64,000 bases of DNA from the human T2T-CHM13v2.0 reference genome, Homo sapiens. The stretch lies in assembly GCF_009914755.1 (NCBI RefSeq), contig NC_060948.1; one strand, written 5' to 3'. The translations under genes and the position numbers were made by a program. Positions 14,010-31,144 of the stretch are shown here, one piece after another. Under the pieces are notes generated by a model, which was not told the DNA's origin, did no database searches, and was given only the letters and a program-made list of their open reading frames with translations. Within the stretch, counting starts at the first letter, position 1. Each line of letters begins with the position of its first letter.

Positions 14010-14215
14010 TTTTCTTTTTTCTTTTCTTTTCTTCTTTTCCTTCCTTCCTTCTTCTCTCTTTCTTTCTTTCTCTCTGTTTCTTTCTTTCCTTCCTTCCTTC
14101 CTTCCTACCTATCTTCTTTCCTTTTCCTTCCTTCCTGCCTTCTTTCTTTCTTTCTTTCTTTTATTCTTCTTCTTCTTCTTCTTAATATTATTATTATTAA
14201 TTATTATTATTATTA
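14010..14215. repeat. Compound (CTTT/CCTT/CTT/TTA)n microsatellite derived from retroelement A-tails
   Basis: Pyrimidine-rich tract running directly into the antisense L1PA tail. Confidence 0.9.
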
Positions 14216-14750
14216 TACTTTAAGTTTTAGGGTACCTGTGCACAACGTGCAGGTTTGTTACATATGTATACATGTGCCATGTTTGTGTGCTGCACCCATT
14301 AACTCGTCATTTAGCATTAGGTATATCTCCTAATGCTATCCCTCCCCCTCCCCCTCCCCCCACCCCACAACCGTCCCCAGTGTGTGATGATCCCCTTCCT
14401 GTGTCCAAGTGTTCTCGTTGTTCAATTCCCACCAGTGATTGAGAACGTGGGGTGTTTGGTTTTTTGTCCTTGCGATAGTTTGCTGAGAACGATGGTTTCC
14501 AGTTTCATCCATGTCCCTACAAAGGACATGAACTTATCATTTTTTATGGCTGCATAGTATTCCATGGTGTATATGTGCCACATTTTCTTAATCCAGTCTA
14601 TCGTTGTTGGACATTTAGGTTGGTTCCAAGTCTTTGCTATTGTGAATAGTGCCGCTATAAACATACATGTGCATGTGTCTTTATAGCAGCATGATTTATA
14701 ATCCTTTGGGTATATACCCAGTAATGGGATGGCTAGGTCAAATGGTATTT
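14205..14750 (-). mobile_element. 5'-truncated L1PA 3' end (~550 bp)
   Basis: ttattatactttaagttttagggtacctgtgcacaacgtgcagg start. ORF 14422-14664 matches the ORF2 C-terminus ([19 protein letters not shown]...). Confidence 0.95.
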
Positions 14751-14751
14751 C

Positions 14752-15043
14752 TTTCTGTTTTGAGTGGGAGCTTCACTGTTGTTACCCAGGCTGGAGTACA
14801 ATGGCACAATCTTGGCTCACTGCAACCTCCAGCTCCTGGGTTCAAGCAATTCGCCATCCTCAGCCTCCTGAATAGCAGGAATTACAGGAGCCTGCCACCA
14901 CACCCAGCTAACTTTTGTATTTTTAGTAGAGACAAGGTTTCACCATGTTGACCTGGCTTGTCTTGAACTTCTCACCTCTGGTGATATGCCTGTTTCAGGC
15001 TCCCAAATTGCTGATATTACAGGTGCGAGCAACCGCTCCCGGC
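14752..15043 (-). mobile_element. AluS
   Basis: Antisense Alu (cccaggctggagtacaatggcacaatcttggctcactgcaacctcc ... attacaggtgcgagcaaccgctcccggc). Confidence 0.9.
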
Positions 15044-15593
15044 ATTCTCCATGTTTCTTATTGAGATCCTATAGTCAGTTGCTATACCCCTTTTCTGCCT
15101 TCACTTGTAACAGTCATTTAACTTTGGTCTCAGCTATCCAAAACTGTCAGTTACCAACTTTCCTTTCAACACTGCCATGGAATATAGAAATTAGTTTATT
15201 GTAAGGTCTCAAAAACCCAGAAGCATGGACACAGGTGTCACTATTTTATTTATTATTGGACGGTGGAGACAGGAGTTGGGAGTCGATATTTAAAGTCATC
15301 ATAGGATGAAGAATGGCTTTCGTGGGTAAACGCAAAATACTTTTATTAAACCACTATGTGGTTTTTTGCATTTTGCTCCCTTCGGGTGCTGCAAATTTTT
15401 ACCTGGTTATTAGACTTCTCACAAAGGCATTTTGATCGGTGTATTTCTGTTAAGTTTAAATTTGTATTAAGGAATTAGAGCCTGTGATATTTTATTGTCA
15501 CCTTGTTAATGTGCTTTGTTTAATTATATATTTGTAAGTTGTATTCACCTGAGTCTAATGAGGGAGAGATTTATAGTCCTTTTATTTTCTTAG

Positions 15594-16830
<1,237 letters not shown>

Positions 16831-19800
16831 GAACATTTAACTTATGGTCTTGGAGAGTCTCTAGGAAGTTGCTTCATAATCTGAGTGCTTTTTTGTTGGG
16901 TACATATATAAGTGTTTACTATTATGTAATGCCATTCTTTGTCTTTTTTAAAACCTATGTTGACATAAAGTCTGTTTTGCCAGAAACTAGGATTGCAGCC
17001 CCTACTTTTTTTCTGTTTTCTATTTGCTTGGTAGATTTTTCTTTTTTCCTTTTTTCGAGCTTATTTGAGATGGGTGTCTTGATTATAGCACATCATTAGA
17101 TATTGATATTTTATTCAGCTTGCCACTCTGTTTTGTAATTGGGGAACTTAGCCCATTTTCATTTAAGGTTAGTATTCATATGTATGGATTTGATTCTGTC
17201 ACTATGATCTCAGCTGGCTATTTTGCACATTTATGTGGTTGCTTTATAGTGTCATCAATTTATGATTTTTAGTGTGTTTTTGTAGTGACTGTTATAGTCT
17301 TTTTCTTATTTAATGTTTTCTTTAGAAGCTCTTGTAAGTCAGGTCTGTGCTAAAAGATTTCCTCAGCATTTGCATATCTGAATAGGATCACATTTATTTT
17401 TCACTTCTGAAGCTTACTTTGGTTGGATATAAATTTTTGATTTGGAATTCTTTTTTTAAGAATGTTGAATATTGGTCCCTAATCTCTTTTGACATGTAGC
17501 ATTTCAACTGAAAGGTTTGTTGTTTGCCTGATGGCCTTCTTTTAGAGGTGACCTGTCTTTTTAGTCTAGCTGCCTTTAATACATTTTTTTTCTTTCATTT
17601 TGACCTTGGAGAATCTCATGATTACGTGTCTTGAAAATGACCTTCTTGTGAGGTATCTTACTGGGATTTTCCCCATTTCCTGCATGTGAATGTTTGCCTC
17701 TCTATATAGGCTGGGAAAGCTCTCTTGAATGATATCTGAAAATAAGTATTTCAAGTTGTTTTTATTCTCCCCATCACTTTCAGGCACTCTTTTTAATCAT
17801 AGATTTGGTTTCATTACATAATCCCATATTTCTTAGAGGTTTTGTTTATTCCTCTTTTTTTTTTTTTTCACTCATCTTGTCTGTCTTATTTAAGAAAGCC
17901 AGTATTGAAGCTCTGAGATTCTTTCCTCTACTTGGCCTATTCTGCTGTTAATACTTGTGATTACATTACAAAGTTTTCATATTGTGTTTTTTCAGCTCTA
18001 TCAGATTGGTCACATTTTCCTCCTCATTGGCAATTTTTTCTATCCATTCCTGCAATTTTTTTCCCTTCATTGCATTGGGTTGCAACTCCATTTGTAGCTC
18101 AATGAAGTTTATTCATTTCCGTATTCTGAATTATACTTCTGTCATCTTAGGCCTCGGTGGAAATGTAATTTTTTCATTTGGATGAGAGATGTCACTGTGG
18201 CTTTTTGTGTTTTCAACATTTTTGCACTGATTTTGTCTAATCTTTGTGCGTGTATCTTTGAGATTGCTGACCTTTGAATGGGGTTTTGGGTTTGTTTGTT
18301 TGTTTTTTTTTTTTTTTTGATCCTATTTAATGGTCTTGAATATTTGATGTGGAATAAGGTGTTTGCAACTAACAGGCTTTGTTCCTGGGAGATTTTTTTT
18401 TTTTTTTTTTTTTTTTTTGGTGGTGGAGCGGCTATGCTCAGCTCACTGCTCGGAGGCTTCATACTCTTAGGAACCTGTATTGAGCTCCAGCTGTCTTCTC
18501 TGGCTCCTTGATATTTAGAGTCCACCACTCTTTGTGACTAATGTGTCACAGCTTCAGAAGAGTGTTAGTGGATATGGGGTTTCTGCCTGTCTTTGGGCAT
18601 TCACCTCAGTGACAGGAACAAAGCAGCTAAGAGGGGAGTAGGCTGTATCTGCTGGAGACTGTGTGTGCTGTTGCACTAAAGTCTTATTTGTGGCCCCTCA
18701 TGAAGTTCTAATTGTTCAGAGTGTGGGAGGATACACTGCTCACCACACAGTGTTAGCAGAAAAGCAGGGGTGAGGCTTTCTGGTTCTCTACCCACCAGAG
18801 CTTTATCTACAGTAGAAGTTGCTGAGGGTGGCAGAGGCATACTGCATTCCCACTTGCTGGTGGGGCAAGCAAAGCCAAACCCACCTTTGCAGACATATGC
18901 CAGGAAAGTAATATGGAGAGTTGCCGTGGTATCAGGGGAAGCTGCAGTATGAGGAAGATACATGTGGGCTGCAGAATGGGGAAGATACATGTAAGCTGCA
19001 GTGATAGGGTCTGCCTTGCTGTAGTTCTTCAGGGGTCAGGCATGGATTACCATTGCCGATGCTGTGGTATTATCTTCCAGGGTAACTGAGACTGCCCTGT
19101 AAGCAACTGTAGCTAGACTGGGACCCTGGGAGAGGCCCGAAGACCAAGGAGTGCTCGGTTGGACCACCCCTTCTGATTTGCAACATTATCCTGTAGAAAT
19201 TAGTTCCCCTCAGGCTAAAGTCTCTTATGGGAGCAAGTTTAGTCTATAGAAATGGCCATCACTGGCCTTATTTTACTATAGATGCTCTTGCACCAAACCC
19301 TCTGGAAACCATATGAGCTGGCTTACTGCCCCACCTCTTTGCTGGTCTTCTGGGGGGCTGCACTTGAGAGAGATGTAGGTCATCAATCCCTCGGTGCAGT
19401 CAGCCCTGGATGGAAAATATGTGCTTTCAGCCAAGTTAGGGGCTCACTGTCTGGTGAGGAGCACTGGGGAGTTTGTGAGCCCCATGGAGGATGGTCTAAC
19501 CTCCTCTCCTTGGGCATAATGCAGCTCGTTTGAGGTGTGAATAAGGCAATTAGGGTTTGGGATATTTCATTAGTTTGAGGGTAGCAGGGACAGCTCTTCT
19601 GCACAGGCAATGATGAAATATATTCAGTTGCCCCTGGAAGCTGTGTCCATGGAGTTCCTAAGTTTTTGCTGGCTCAATAGCTCTGGCAATGATTGGCTAG
19701 TGGCCCAGGCCTGGAGGACCTGCCCACTGAGAATATATAAGAACAGGAACACATGTAACAGTCTGACCCCTTTTGTGAAAAGCTGCTGCATCTGCAATAC

Positions 19801-20039
19801 GCTGGGTGTCCACTACAGTATCTAGTCACCTCAGATTTTCCGGTACCTGAAGTTATCACCAGTGAATGTGCAAAAAAAGCAACAATGGCACATGCCTTTT
19901 TCTCTGGGAGCTCCATCCCAGGGAGGTATAGACCTGTTTTCAGCCCAAAAGCACTTGTAGGAAGTAGCCAGAAATGCCTGTGGAAAGGTCTTCCCCAGTG
20001 AAAAGAAAATGACTGGGGATCCACTTAAGAAAGCAGCCT

Positions 20040-20322
<283 letters not shown>

Positions 20323-20325
<3 letters not shown>

Positions 20326-20396
20326 AAAGAAGGAAGGAAGGAAGGAAGGAAGGAAGGAAGGAAGGAAGGAAGGAAGGAGAGAAAGAAAGAAAGACA

Positions 20397-20466
<70 letters not shown>

Positions 20467-20537
20467 AAGAAAGAAAGAAAGAGAAAGAGAGAAAGAGAGA
20501 AAATGAAAGAAAAAGAAGGAAGGAAGGAAGGAAGGAA

Positions 20538-20587
<50 letters not shown>

Positions 20588-20690
20588 AATAAAAGAAAAG
20601 AAAGAAAGAAAGAAGGAAGGAAGGAAAGAGAAAGAAAGAAAGGAAGAAAGGAAGGAAGGAAGGAAGGAAGGAAGGAAGGAAGGAAGGAAG
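20323..20690 (+). repeat. ~370-bp polypurine (GGAA)n/(GAAA)n compound microsatellite
   Basis: 11 consecutive GGAA from 20,332, long GAAA blocks, 10 consecutive GGAA from 20,650; only about 3 pyrimidines in the tract. Confidence 0.97.
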
Positions 20691-21720
20691 CACTGTAACC
20701 ATCTTTTGTAGAACAGGTCTGCTGTGCAGAGGTACCACTTCCATCCAGTTTATTTGGATTCTCCAAAGCCAGAAGGATGGAACAGGTAAGTGACACAAAC
20801 AGGAAAAATGGCAGCTCACTCTTTGCTCTAGGAACTGTAGCCCAAAAAGTTTTCAAAATTCCATCAACCAAAGAGTACCAGTGGTGTTAGCTGGAGAAAC
20901 TCATCAGGAAGTACTTTCCAGTGAGGAAGAAGGAGATTGGGGACCTGCTTTAACAGGCAGTCTGGCCATGTCTTTCTAGAGCACCTGTACTATGCTTTGT
21001 GATTCTAGTCAGCTTGGGCTCTTCAAAGCCTGAAGGCTGAAATGGCTAAGTTTCCCAGGCAGCAAAGATGACGGCCCACTCCTCTTTCTGGTAGTTCCAT
21101 CCCAGGGAGATGCAGTGCTGCTACCAATGGTTGGCTGGAATTCTAAGCCAGTACATCTTACCCTGTGAGGCACTGAGAAAATGCGTCCTACAGACCATCA
21201 ATGCTAAGCGCCCTGAATTCTGCCTTTTTCCTATGGATATGTTCAAGATTGTAACCTCCTGCTTTGCTGGAGTTCCAGCGAATTTTTCTGGGAAGGCTGG
21301 AAAGTCAGCGAATCTAAGGCTCTTGAATCACTGCAGTCTTGAGTGGCTGCTCTGCTGAGACTCCCTGTAGCTATGTGCATTATACAAAAGGCCCCGGTGA
21401 AGTGGGTTTATTAGGGGATCACCTTACCTGAGGGTTGCAAAGATCTGTGGAAGAATCATGGGTTCCCAGGATCATGCATTCACTTACTGCCTTACTGGCT
21501 GTGAAGGTGTCCCTGGCTCCATGTTGCTTTCAGGTGTCCCGGTGTCCTGCCTTGCTTTACTCCATTCTCCTTATGTTAAGTTGCTTCTTTGATTAGTCTC
21601 AATGCAAGTACCTGGTGTTTCAGCTGAACGTCACGTATTTATGCACACCTTGCATTCCTGTCTATGAGAACTACAGAGTCTAGCTGCCTCTTTCTAGTCA
21701 GCAATCTTGATCACCTTCCT

Positions 21721-23640
21721 CTAAAAGGAATATACTTTTTATATTAAAAGAATTTAATATTTTTTGAGAACATATATTTTCAAAAGCAAATATTGATGTA
21801 ATTCATCTCTTACCTTTGGTGATATATCTTTATTTCTAGAATTTATGTGAAAGAGCATGGTCAATAGCTGCTGCACCAGAGTTATGAGAGGTTCTTCTAT
21901 ATTACAAGGACAGATTTATACACTTTTCCATGGAAGATTAAGAAAACAGAAATCTAAGATACCTGAAGAATTTCTATGTACAAAGGCAACTTAGTTGTTG
22001 GTTTACGACAGTATCATAAATGACAGGATGATAGGAGTGGAGTAAGGGCAACATTCTGCATAGTGAGAGAAACAATTTGATTTTTAGTTGGACATTGCTT
22101 TACCATTTGCAAATTAAGGTAATTGGAATAAAGTGAATTCCAAAATGCCTTTTTAATGAAAATGCGTGGACTTAATTTCTTTTAGTAAATCAATATTGTT
22201 ATTTTGTTAAAGCTATTTGACATTGAATGTGTATCTTGCAACTGATGATAAGTTATCCCATCTTAACCAAGGCTGTAGGTAACTGATGGTAACAATATAC
22301 TACTGAGAGACAGTGGAATAACATCTGTAGTGATTCCTTTGTCAGTGGTTTTTAAAATGAAATAATTTGGAAAGTGTGGTTTTTACAACTTACATTTTTT
22401 TTCCTTGTAACTACAGGTTATTATGATGGTTGTAATGAAGATCATATTAGTATAACGGAGCTCTATGTTTCTGAATACTGAACAACTATTTATAAAATTT
22501 GATCCTACTTTTTCTCTATTAAAGGTATGACTGCTCTGCTCTGATAAACACACACAGACCTTTAGTTTTGATTTACATGAATTTAAATATAAGAAATATA
22601 TTACTGTAAAATAAACTCTAGGTATGTAACAAACTTCTAGAAAATAATCATATTTATTTATGGTTGGTTACATTGAGAAGAAAATAAAAATATTAAAATG
22701 AAACAAATCCTTTTACAAGTGTTGACATCTTACCAGCAAGCCAGAAACTTCAAAGATTTTCAAAGCAAATCTATTTTCTCTGCTTTGTATTAAGCTCCTT
22801 GATTTAAAATGTGATTGCTAGTGGCTTAGAATCATCTTCTGCAAATTTTTCTTTTTTTGTAGGTTAGCCTGTTGCTCACCCTAGACATAATATATAATTT
22901 TCTTTTCATCAAAGTTCATAACACTTTCTTTGGACTGTGCTTGGTGGCTCATGCCTGAAATCCCAGCACTTTGAGTGGCTGAAGCAGGTGGATCTCCAGA
23001 GATCAGGAGTTTCAGACCGGCCTGGCCAACACGGTGAAATGCTGTCTTTACTAAAAATACAAAAATTAGGTGGGCATGATGGCGGGCTCCTGTAATCCCA
23101 GCTACTCAGGAGGCTGAGGCAGGAGAATCACTTTAACCCAGGGGATGAACATTACAGTGAGCCAAGATGGTGCCATTGCACTCCAGCCTGAGCAACAAAG
23201 CAAAACTTCATCTCAAAACAAACAAACAAGTGAAAAGACATTCTCTGTACAATCCCCTCAGAAATTATGAAAGTGACTTTGATAAAATGTAACGCTATTC
23301 GGAAAATAATTTTTACATGTGAGTAATTTTACAGTGCATGTATGGTATGCTATTTATTTAGTACATTTTGTATTTTTTCAATTTTAGAATTCTATTTAAT
23401 CCAATTTTTTTGTTTACTTATTGACTATTTTACTCTATAAAGTTGACAGAATTGAGTTTATTAATTTTATTGGGCCAATATATTTAAGTAAACAATAGAA
23501 CGTTTAGTAAGTCATGAGGTCTTTTTGACATACACATGAAGTAAACAAATACAATACTAGGTATGTAATGGAAGCTATGTAATTAGAAATAAATATTCCT
23601 TTTAAAATTAGCCTGTGGTCTCAAGTGAGAAATTTAAAAT
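21721..23640 (+). other. Probable continuation of the ZNF 3'UTR/downstream sequence after the L1
   Basis: AT-rich sequence resembling recalled ZNF91-family 3' regions (caaaagcaaatattgatgtaattc; gagttatgagaggttcttctatatt). Confidence 0.45.
22931..23230 (+). mobile_element. AluS (Sx-like)
   Basis: Full dimeric Alu with (caaa)n tail. Confidence 0.9.
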
Positions 23641-23727
23641 ATCTATAGTAAATAAATGACATTAATTCTGCATACGAGGAGAGCATAATTGTAACCAATG
23701 CTGCACTAGTGAATCTCACAATTGAAA

Positions 23728-24873
<1,146 letters not shown>

Positions 24874-27081
24874 AGCAAAGAATCTTTTTAATTTTTTGTG
24901 GGAAATTTAGCCTGTAAATTTAATCTCCTTTGTATAATCTTTAAGTTTTACTGTGGAAGACTAGATTTAGGTTTACTAAGTTTTTGGCAACTATAAAAGC
25001 ATATTCATAATGTAACTTTTAAAGATACTATGAATATCAATTTTCAAGTGCGTTGATTTCTTTTTTTACTTGAGAAAGATAAGCTATTTGAGAATTATAT
25101 TACCCAACATGTCCAAAAAATGTTTTTAATTTGCCTATTTAAAAAAATCTGTTGATTTTGAATTGCATACCAAGATAACCTTATTTTAAGATTGAGGATA
25201 AGATGAAAAATAATTTATGTAAATAACATAAACTAAGTTTACTGAAATTATTTACTTATTTAAGAAACTTGATTAAATTTTAAATAAATTGCTGTCACCT
25301 ATCAGCATTTGTGCAGCATTTTTTTTAAGATTTGGTGTCTAAAACAGGTAACGATTTGGACAAAGAAGAAAAGAAAAATTCAATGATTGGTATAACAATA
25401 AATTTCAGAAAATAAAAGCTCTGTATGATGATGTAATTAAAATAATGTAAAGGATAAAAATTTTAATATTTGTTTTTACACATTATTTGGCAAAATCAAC
25501 CCTGAGACAGCAATGTGTAGAAAATACTACTAATTATGTTTTTGAGAATCTTATGGACTTTGGCACTTTGAGAACCTTCACTATAGGCCCAGGATTCCCT
25601 AGGCATTTGTTCCAGGAGAATATCTTATGGAAATGAAGCAGAAGGCCATGACCACAAAGATAAACGGATGCTCATCTAGAGACACGTAGGTGCAGGTTGC
25701 AGAAACAGTAGGCTTTTCTTGGTGGTCCAGGAAGGGGCTATTCCCACCATCCTAGAAAAGGGGCCTGGAACTCCATTGAGCCCTCTCTCCTGCAGGGACC
25801 TCAGAGGGCATTAGGGGAGGCCAGCCTAGGTGTTCTGTCCTGTCCCTGGCCCTTGGGTCCTGCCTCATCTGCTATCTTTTTCCACAAAGAAATCAGGATG
25901 GCAACCCACAATGCAGCCCCACTAGAGGAAGGAGATAAAGAGAGTCAAGGCTCACACCCATCTTGGAACATTAAGTGACTTACTGATTAGCTAGTCCAAA
26001 AGTTAGAGCAGAATTTGGTGGTGTGACACCCTAAGATTACATTCTAGGAGAAACCTGTATGGCACATGCCTGAGGCTGTGCGTTGAAGGAGTGTTAGACA
26101 GGTCACTTGGGCTTCAGTGAGCCTGTGCCCCTAGTCAATTCATGGAGACACGGGCTTGATAAGAGCAGGCAACAAGGGTGCAACACAGCAGACATGCTTA
26201 GCTGTCAGTTGGGCAAGGAGGGGTAGGCATCAGAGTTCCCTGCAGGGGAGAACCCTCTTAGGGCCCTGAACTGAACCGAGAGATTCTTCAGTTTTTTGAA
26301 GCACAGGCTGTACTTGGAGCTTCAGGGGTGGCACTGTCCTGTGGCATGGTAAAGGTGGGGTAAGCAGTCAGTCACTGAGGGGCTTTCATTGCTCATTTTT
26401 CTGATGAGCATGATTGAGAGCCCAAAGCCACAAGCCAGGAGGGGCAACAGCACTGGGCTGAGGCATCACCTTTTTTCTTCACTGGCTCCCATAAGCCTTC
26501 CTGGCATGCCTTGAGGAAGAAGATCCCTTATCCTTGTGAGCGTAGGCACAAAACTCATGTGAGGAAAGCCCAACAACAGCCTCTTTTGTGGGCGCACCTG
26601 GGCCTCCCCACTCCAGTGGCCTGTGAAACCCAAATGTAATTCCAGAGATGAGAATTTAAATTTGGTTCTAGAAACAAAGAGTTCAGCTCCGAGGCCAGAG
26701 CAGAAGTGGACATGTTAATTCCATGACACAAGGGCCAAATCAGAGAAATGGATTGACTGTTAAGCTGCACCCATGCAGTGTGTGCACTGACCCAAGCAGG
26801 TCCCATTCTCTTCCTGTCTCCAATTATTTTACCTACAACTTGTCATTTGTACCAGCTCTTTCTCTATCCCCCACATCCGGTGGTTTTTGAAATTCCTCTG
26901 AAGGCTGCATGACTAGAGTTAAGGGTCACAGCACTCTAGCCCACTCAGGCTGTGCCAGGAAGAGAGATCTCTCAACCTACCTTGACACTTAAGAACCATG
27001 CATAAATAGTGCCAACTCTAGGAGGAGGGCTGTCACATCCTCAGACTGTTTTCTGCTCTCCATACCAAAAGATAAATTAGA

Positions 27082-27473
<392 letters not shown>

Positions 27474-27619
27474 TCAGCCTAGTCACCGTGAATCACAATT
27501 TCAGGTTCTGCGTCAGCGTGTCCCACCTTGGGAAATAGTGGAACTGGGACCCCAGAATGTCATGATCCAATGACAGTCTGGAGAAGGGGCACCTCAGCAG
27601 CCTGTACAAACCCAGTCAC

Positions 27620-28272
27620 ACCTGTAACAGAAACACACCCTACCAACTAAGAAGCCATCTCATTATCTTAGACAACCATACCAGCAATGTGCACACACAA
27701 TGGGCCTTTTAGTAAACTGTCAACTCAAGGATTTAAGAAAAATCAAACCATTTTGAATTTAGAGTCTCAGGAAGAAGACCCTCCACTGCCTTAACCAGCC
27801 TGTATGATGGATGAAACTGACAGTGTTAACTTGACTTGGGCATACCTGGAGACTGACCTTGTATTAAAAAAAAAAAAAAAAAGCTTCTGAGTGCCCAGAG
27901 ATCCAAGATAAAAAACCTAGTAGTGGCTAACCTGAAAATTATTCTTTCTTTATGAGGAATATCTCAGTACCAGGTCTGTTCCATCCTGTGGCATGGAATA
28001 CAGACCACACAGGGGACTGAGGCCACTCCTTTTTTGTTAAATAAATGCTGACAGGTGAAAAGTTGTTGAAAAAAGTGCTAAATAACAATGCTATACAAAC
28101 TGCATGCTTTTTGTAAGTGGGAATGGTTATCATGCTAAGCCCACTGACAGTGGACTTTTTCCCCTCTTTTTAAGTCCCCAGTAAAACTCCGTATCTCATT
28201 CACTTGTTCTAAGTCTCTTCTTTGACATCTTGAACCTGGTGCCATTTCTATGGGAGTTGAATTTGATGCAAC
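27620..28272 (+). mobile_element. Old LTR, MER73/MER74-like (ERVL)
   Basis: 3' end agtaaaactcc...tctcttctttgacatcttgaacctggtgccatttctatgggagttg resembles recalled MER73/74 termini; 5' boundary uncertain. Confidence 0.4.
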
Positions 28273-29127
28273 TTATCCTATATTAAGGAAGGATTTCAGA
28301 CTCTGCTCAATGTGCTTCAAAGCTCACCGAGGCATCAGCTAAGAAAGATGCTGTTGTTCTCCTTAACACTCTCATTCAGGCCTCTTTTCCTTAGATGCAC
28401 AATCAGTGGTGTACCAGGAAAGATGACTAAGAGAAACATCGTGGTCACAATCAAGATTAATGCCAGAATAAGCAGCGAACACTTGGAAATCAAAAGGGAG
28501 CATTTTTCAATGCCCTCAAATTCTGTCTTCAGTTCCTGGATTCAGTAATGGTTTTGAAGATCCATCCAACCTCTAGAGGAACCATGGGCCCTTAGGAGGT
28601 AAACACCTACACTTAATCCTGGTTCAACAAAGCTTTCTCTTGACAAATATGATGTCTGTGATCGTGAGCTTCTAAGCAATCTGCACAAAGCATAACCTGA
28701 AAACCTATAAAAGGGAGATGAGTAGGTATGAGGGAAATAATTTTCCACATTTTTTCTTGGGAAATTCAAAAAATTGTGATGGTGGGAAAATGTGCAGAAG
28801 AAGACAGCATATTAAAAGTCCTCATCAGGTGATTTTTACCACCAGAGTTTTTAATCCCAGCTATGAGATCTCCAAATAAAAACCAGAAGTTACTTCACTG
28901 CATCTATCCATGATTTATTGTACAATATTTTGTCTATCACAGTGAGGGGTCTTCACTGAGGATCTTCCCATTAAACATATAAAGATAAAGAAAGGAAAAG
29001 GTAAAATAGCAACTCCATGAAATCATAAGATAAAATGTAGAAATATTCATCTTCTCACATCAATTGCATTTTTGTACATATATGAATGTGTATCTACCCA
29101 TAAAGCTAATATATTCAAAATAAATCA

Positions 29128-29472
<345 letters not shown>

Positions 29473-29759
29473 TCACATATGGTGCAGACATTACTTGTTG
29501 GAGTGGAGTGGGTGCGGCTCTGTCCTTGTAAAGTAGGAAGAGCAATCAGTGCCCTGGATTGTGTGTAGGGAACCCATTCGTACACAAATAAAGAGGCAAT
29601 CAGGGCTTCAGCCTAGCAATACTGAGGCTTGCACGGGGCTTTCGAAAGCAGTAGAAATGGCCTGTAAAACTGAATGCTAGATGGGCTTGTAACAATAAAA
29701 GATCTGTCCAGGGATAACAGCAGTTCTGATAGGAGCCCCTGACTATACCCTGCCTCAGC

Positions 29760-30245
29760 AAAATGTAGACAAATAAAGAAAAAATAATTCAAGAGAAATA
29801 AAATTTAAAAATAAAGCAATTGGAAAATAGTAAGGGCAAATAAAATAAACTGAAACAAAATAGAGAAAAGTAAAGAAAAATATAACTAAGATTAGTGAAA
29901 ATAAAATCAAGATGAAGATAAACAGTAAATACAATAAAATTGAGAAATAAGAAAATTTTAAGAATAAGAAGAGACAAGTGAAAGTAAAAAAGAAATGCAG
30001 AGAAAAATAAAATAACAAAGAGATATGCATGGAAATAAATAAAAGAAACAAGAAATTGAATAAAATTACAAACGACAAAAATCTAGAAAATTTGAAATTG
30101 AGACTATAATGAAAAAACAAAAAATAAAAAATGAAGTAAAATTAAATTAATAGAAAAAATGAAAGTAAATAAAAATAAAGAGAAACAAGATAAAAACAAA
30201 GACAAATGTACAGAAAAATAAAAGATTAAAAAGAAAAATAAGATC
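29760..30245. repeat. A-rich low-complexity tract
   Basis: Degenerate aaaata/aaaga repeats over ~480 bp. Confidence 0.85.
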
Positions 30246-30249
30246 TAGG

Positions 30250-31140
30250 GATAATCTACAAAACATTTCACGCAACGATAGCATAATACATAATATTTCT
30301 AATTACATACAGTTTATTTCCTAAGATAGGCAAACTTCTTAGCTAGCATGCAAGTTTTAGCATATTTGAACAAATGGTTATAAAAAAGTATTACTTCTGA
30401 CTACAGTAAAATATAACTGGAGGTTCAAAACCAAAAGAAAGCTAGCATGTCTGCATGTATATGAAAAGTAGACAAATTCTTCCGCACGCTATTTTAAAAG
30501 AGTTAGAACATGCACGTTTCTTTAGACGTTTATGGTATTCAAAATGATCTACAGATCAATGAGACCTCTTTCAAAAAACCAATGGTAGTTTTTCCAGAAG
30601 TACTAAAATATTCTGAAGTGTTGGCATCAATATTTGGCTGTGTCACCCAGGCTAGAGTGCAGTGTCCTAATCATGGCTCACTGCATGTAGCCTTGAGCTC
30701 TGAAGTTCAATTGATCCTCCCACCTCTGCCTCACAAGTAGCTGGGCCTGCAGGTGCATGCCACCACGGTCAGCAAGATTTGGGGGTTTTTGTAGAGACAG
30801 GGTTTCACCATATTGCCAATGCTGGTCTCAAACTTTCTGGACTCAAGCAATCCACCTGCCTTGACTTCCCAAAGTTCTGGGATCACAGGAGTGAGCCACC
30901 AAATATTGCCCTATAATTTTTATAAATGCTCAAAAACCACAAATAGACAAACAACCTGGGAAAATATAATAAAGTCAGAGTCATATATTTTTTTATTTTA
31001 AAACATATTGCAAAGTTACAGTAATCAAACAGTGTGGTGCTGGGAAAAAGACAGAAAAATAAATGTTGAAAGAGATAAGAGAAGCCAGAAAGTAACCCAC
31101 ATGCGTATACTCAGCTTATCTTAAACGACGGTTGCAAATC
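30250..31140 (+). mobile_element. Old L1 ORF2 fragments (host of the ERV1 provirus; resumes at ~35,571-35,690)
   Basis: ...gtaatcaaacagtgtggtgctggg...cagcttatctt | provirus | tgaaaaaagaacagtttatttaacaaatg continues the same L1 consensus segment. Confidence 0.7.
30637..30910 (-). mobile_element. AluJ
   Basis: Antisense, diverged Alu (aatcatggctcactgc; ggactcaagcaatccacctgcc). Confidence 0.85.
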
Positions 31141-31144
31141 CTCA

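Noticed and set aside
28335-28769. Minus-strand frame with one internal stop and a hydrophobic segment (KCSLLILALILIVTTMFLLVIF)
   Set aside because: I cannot match it to any family; not supportable without BLASTx.
29755-30120. 121-aa hydrophobic 'membrane protein' ORF
   Set aside because: Antisense reading of an A-rich low-complexity tract.
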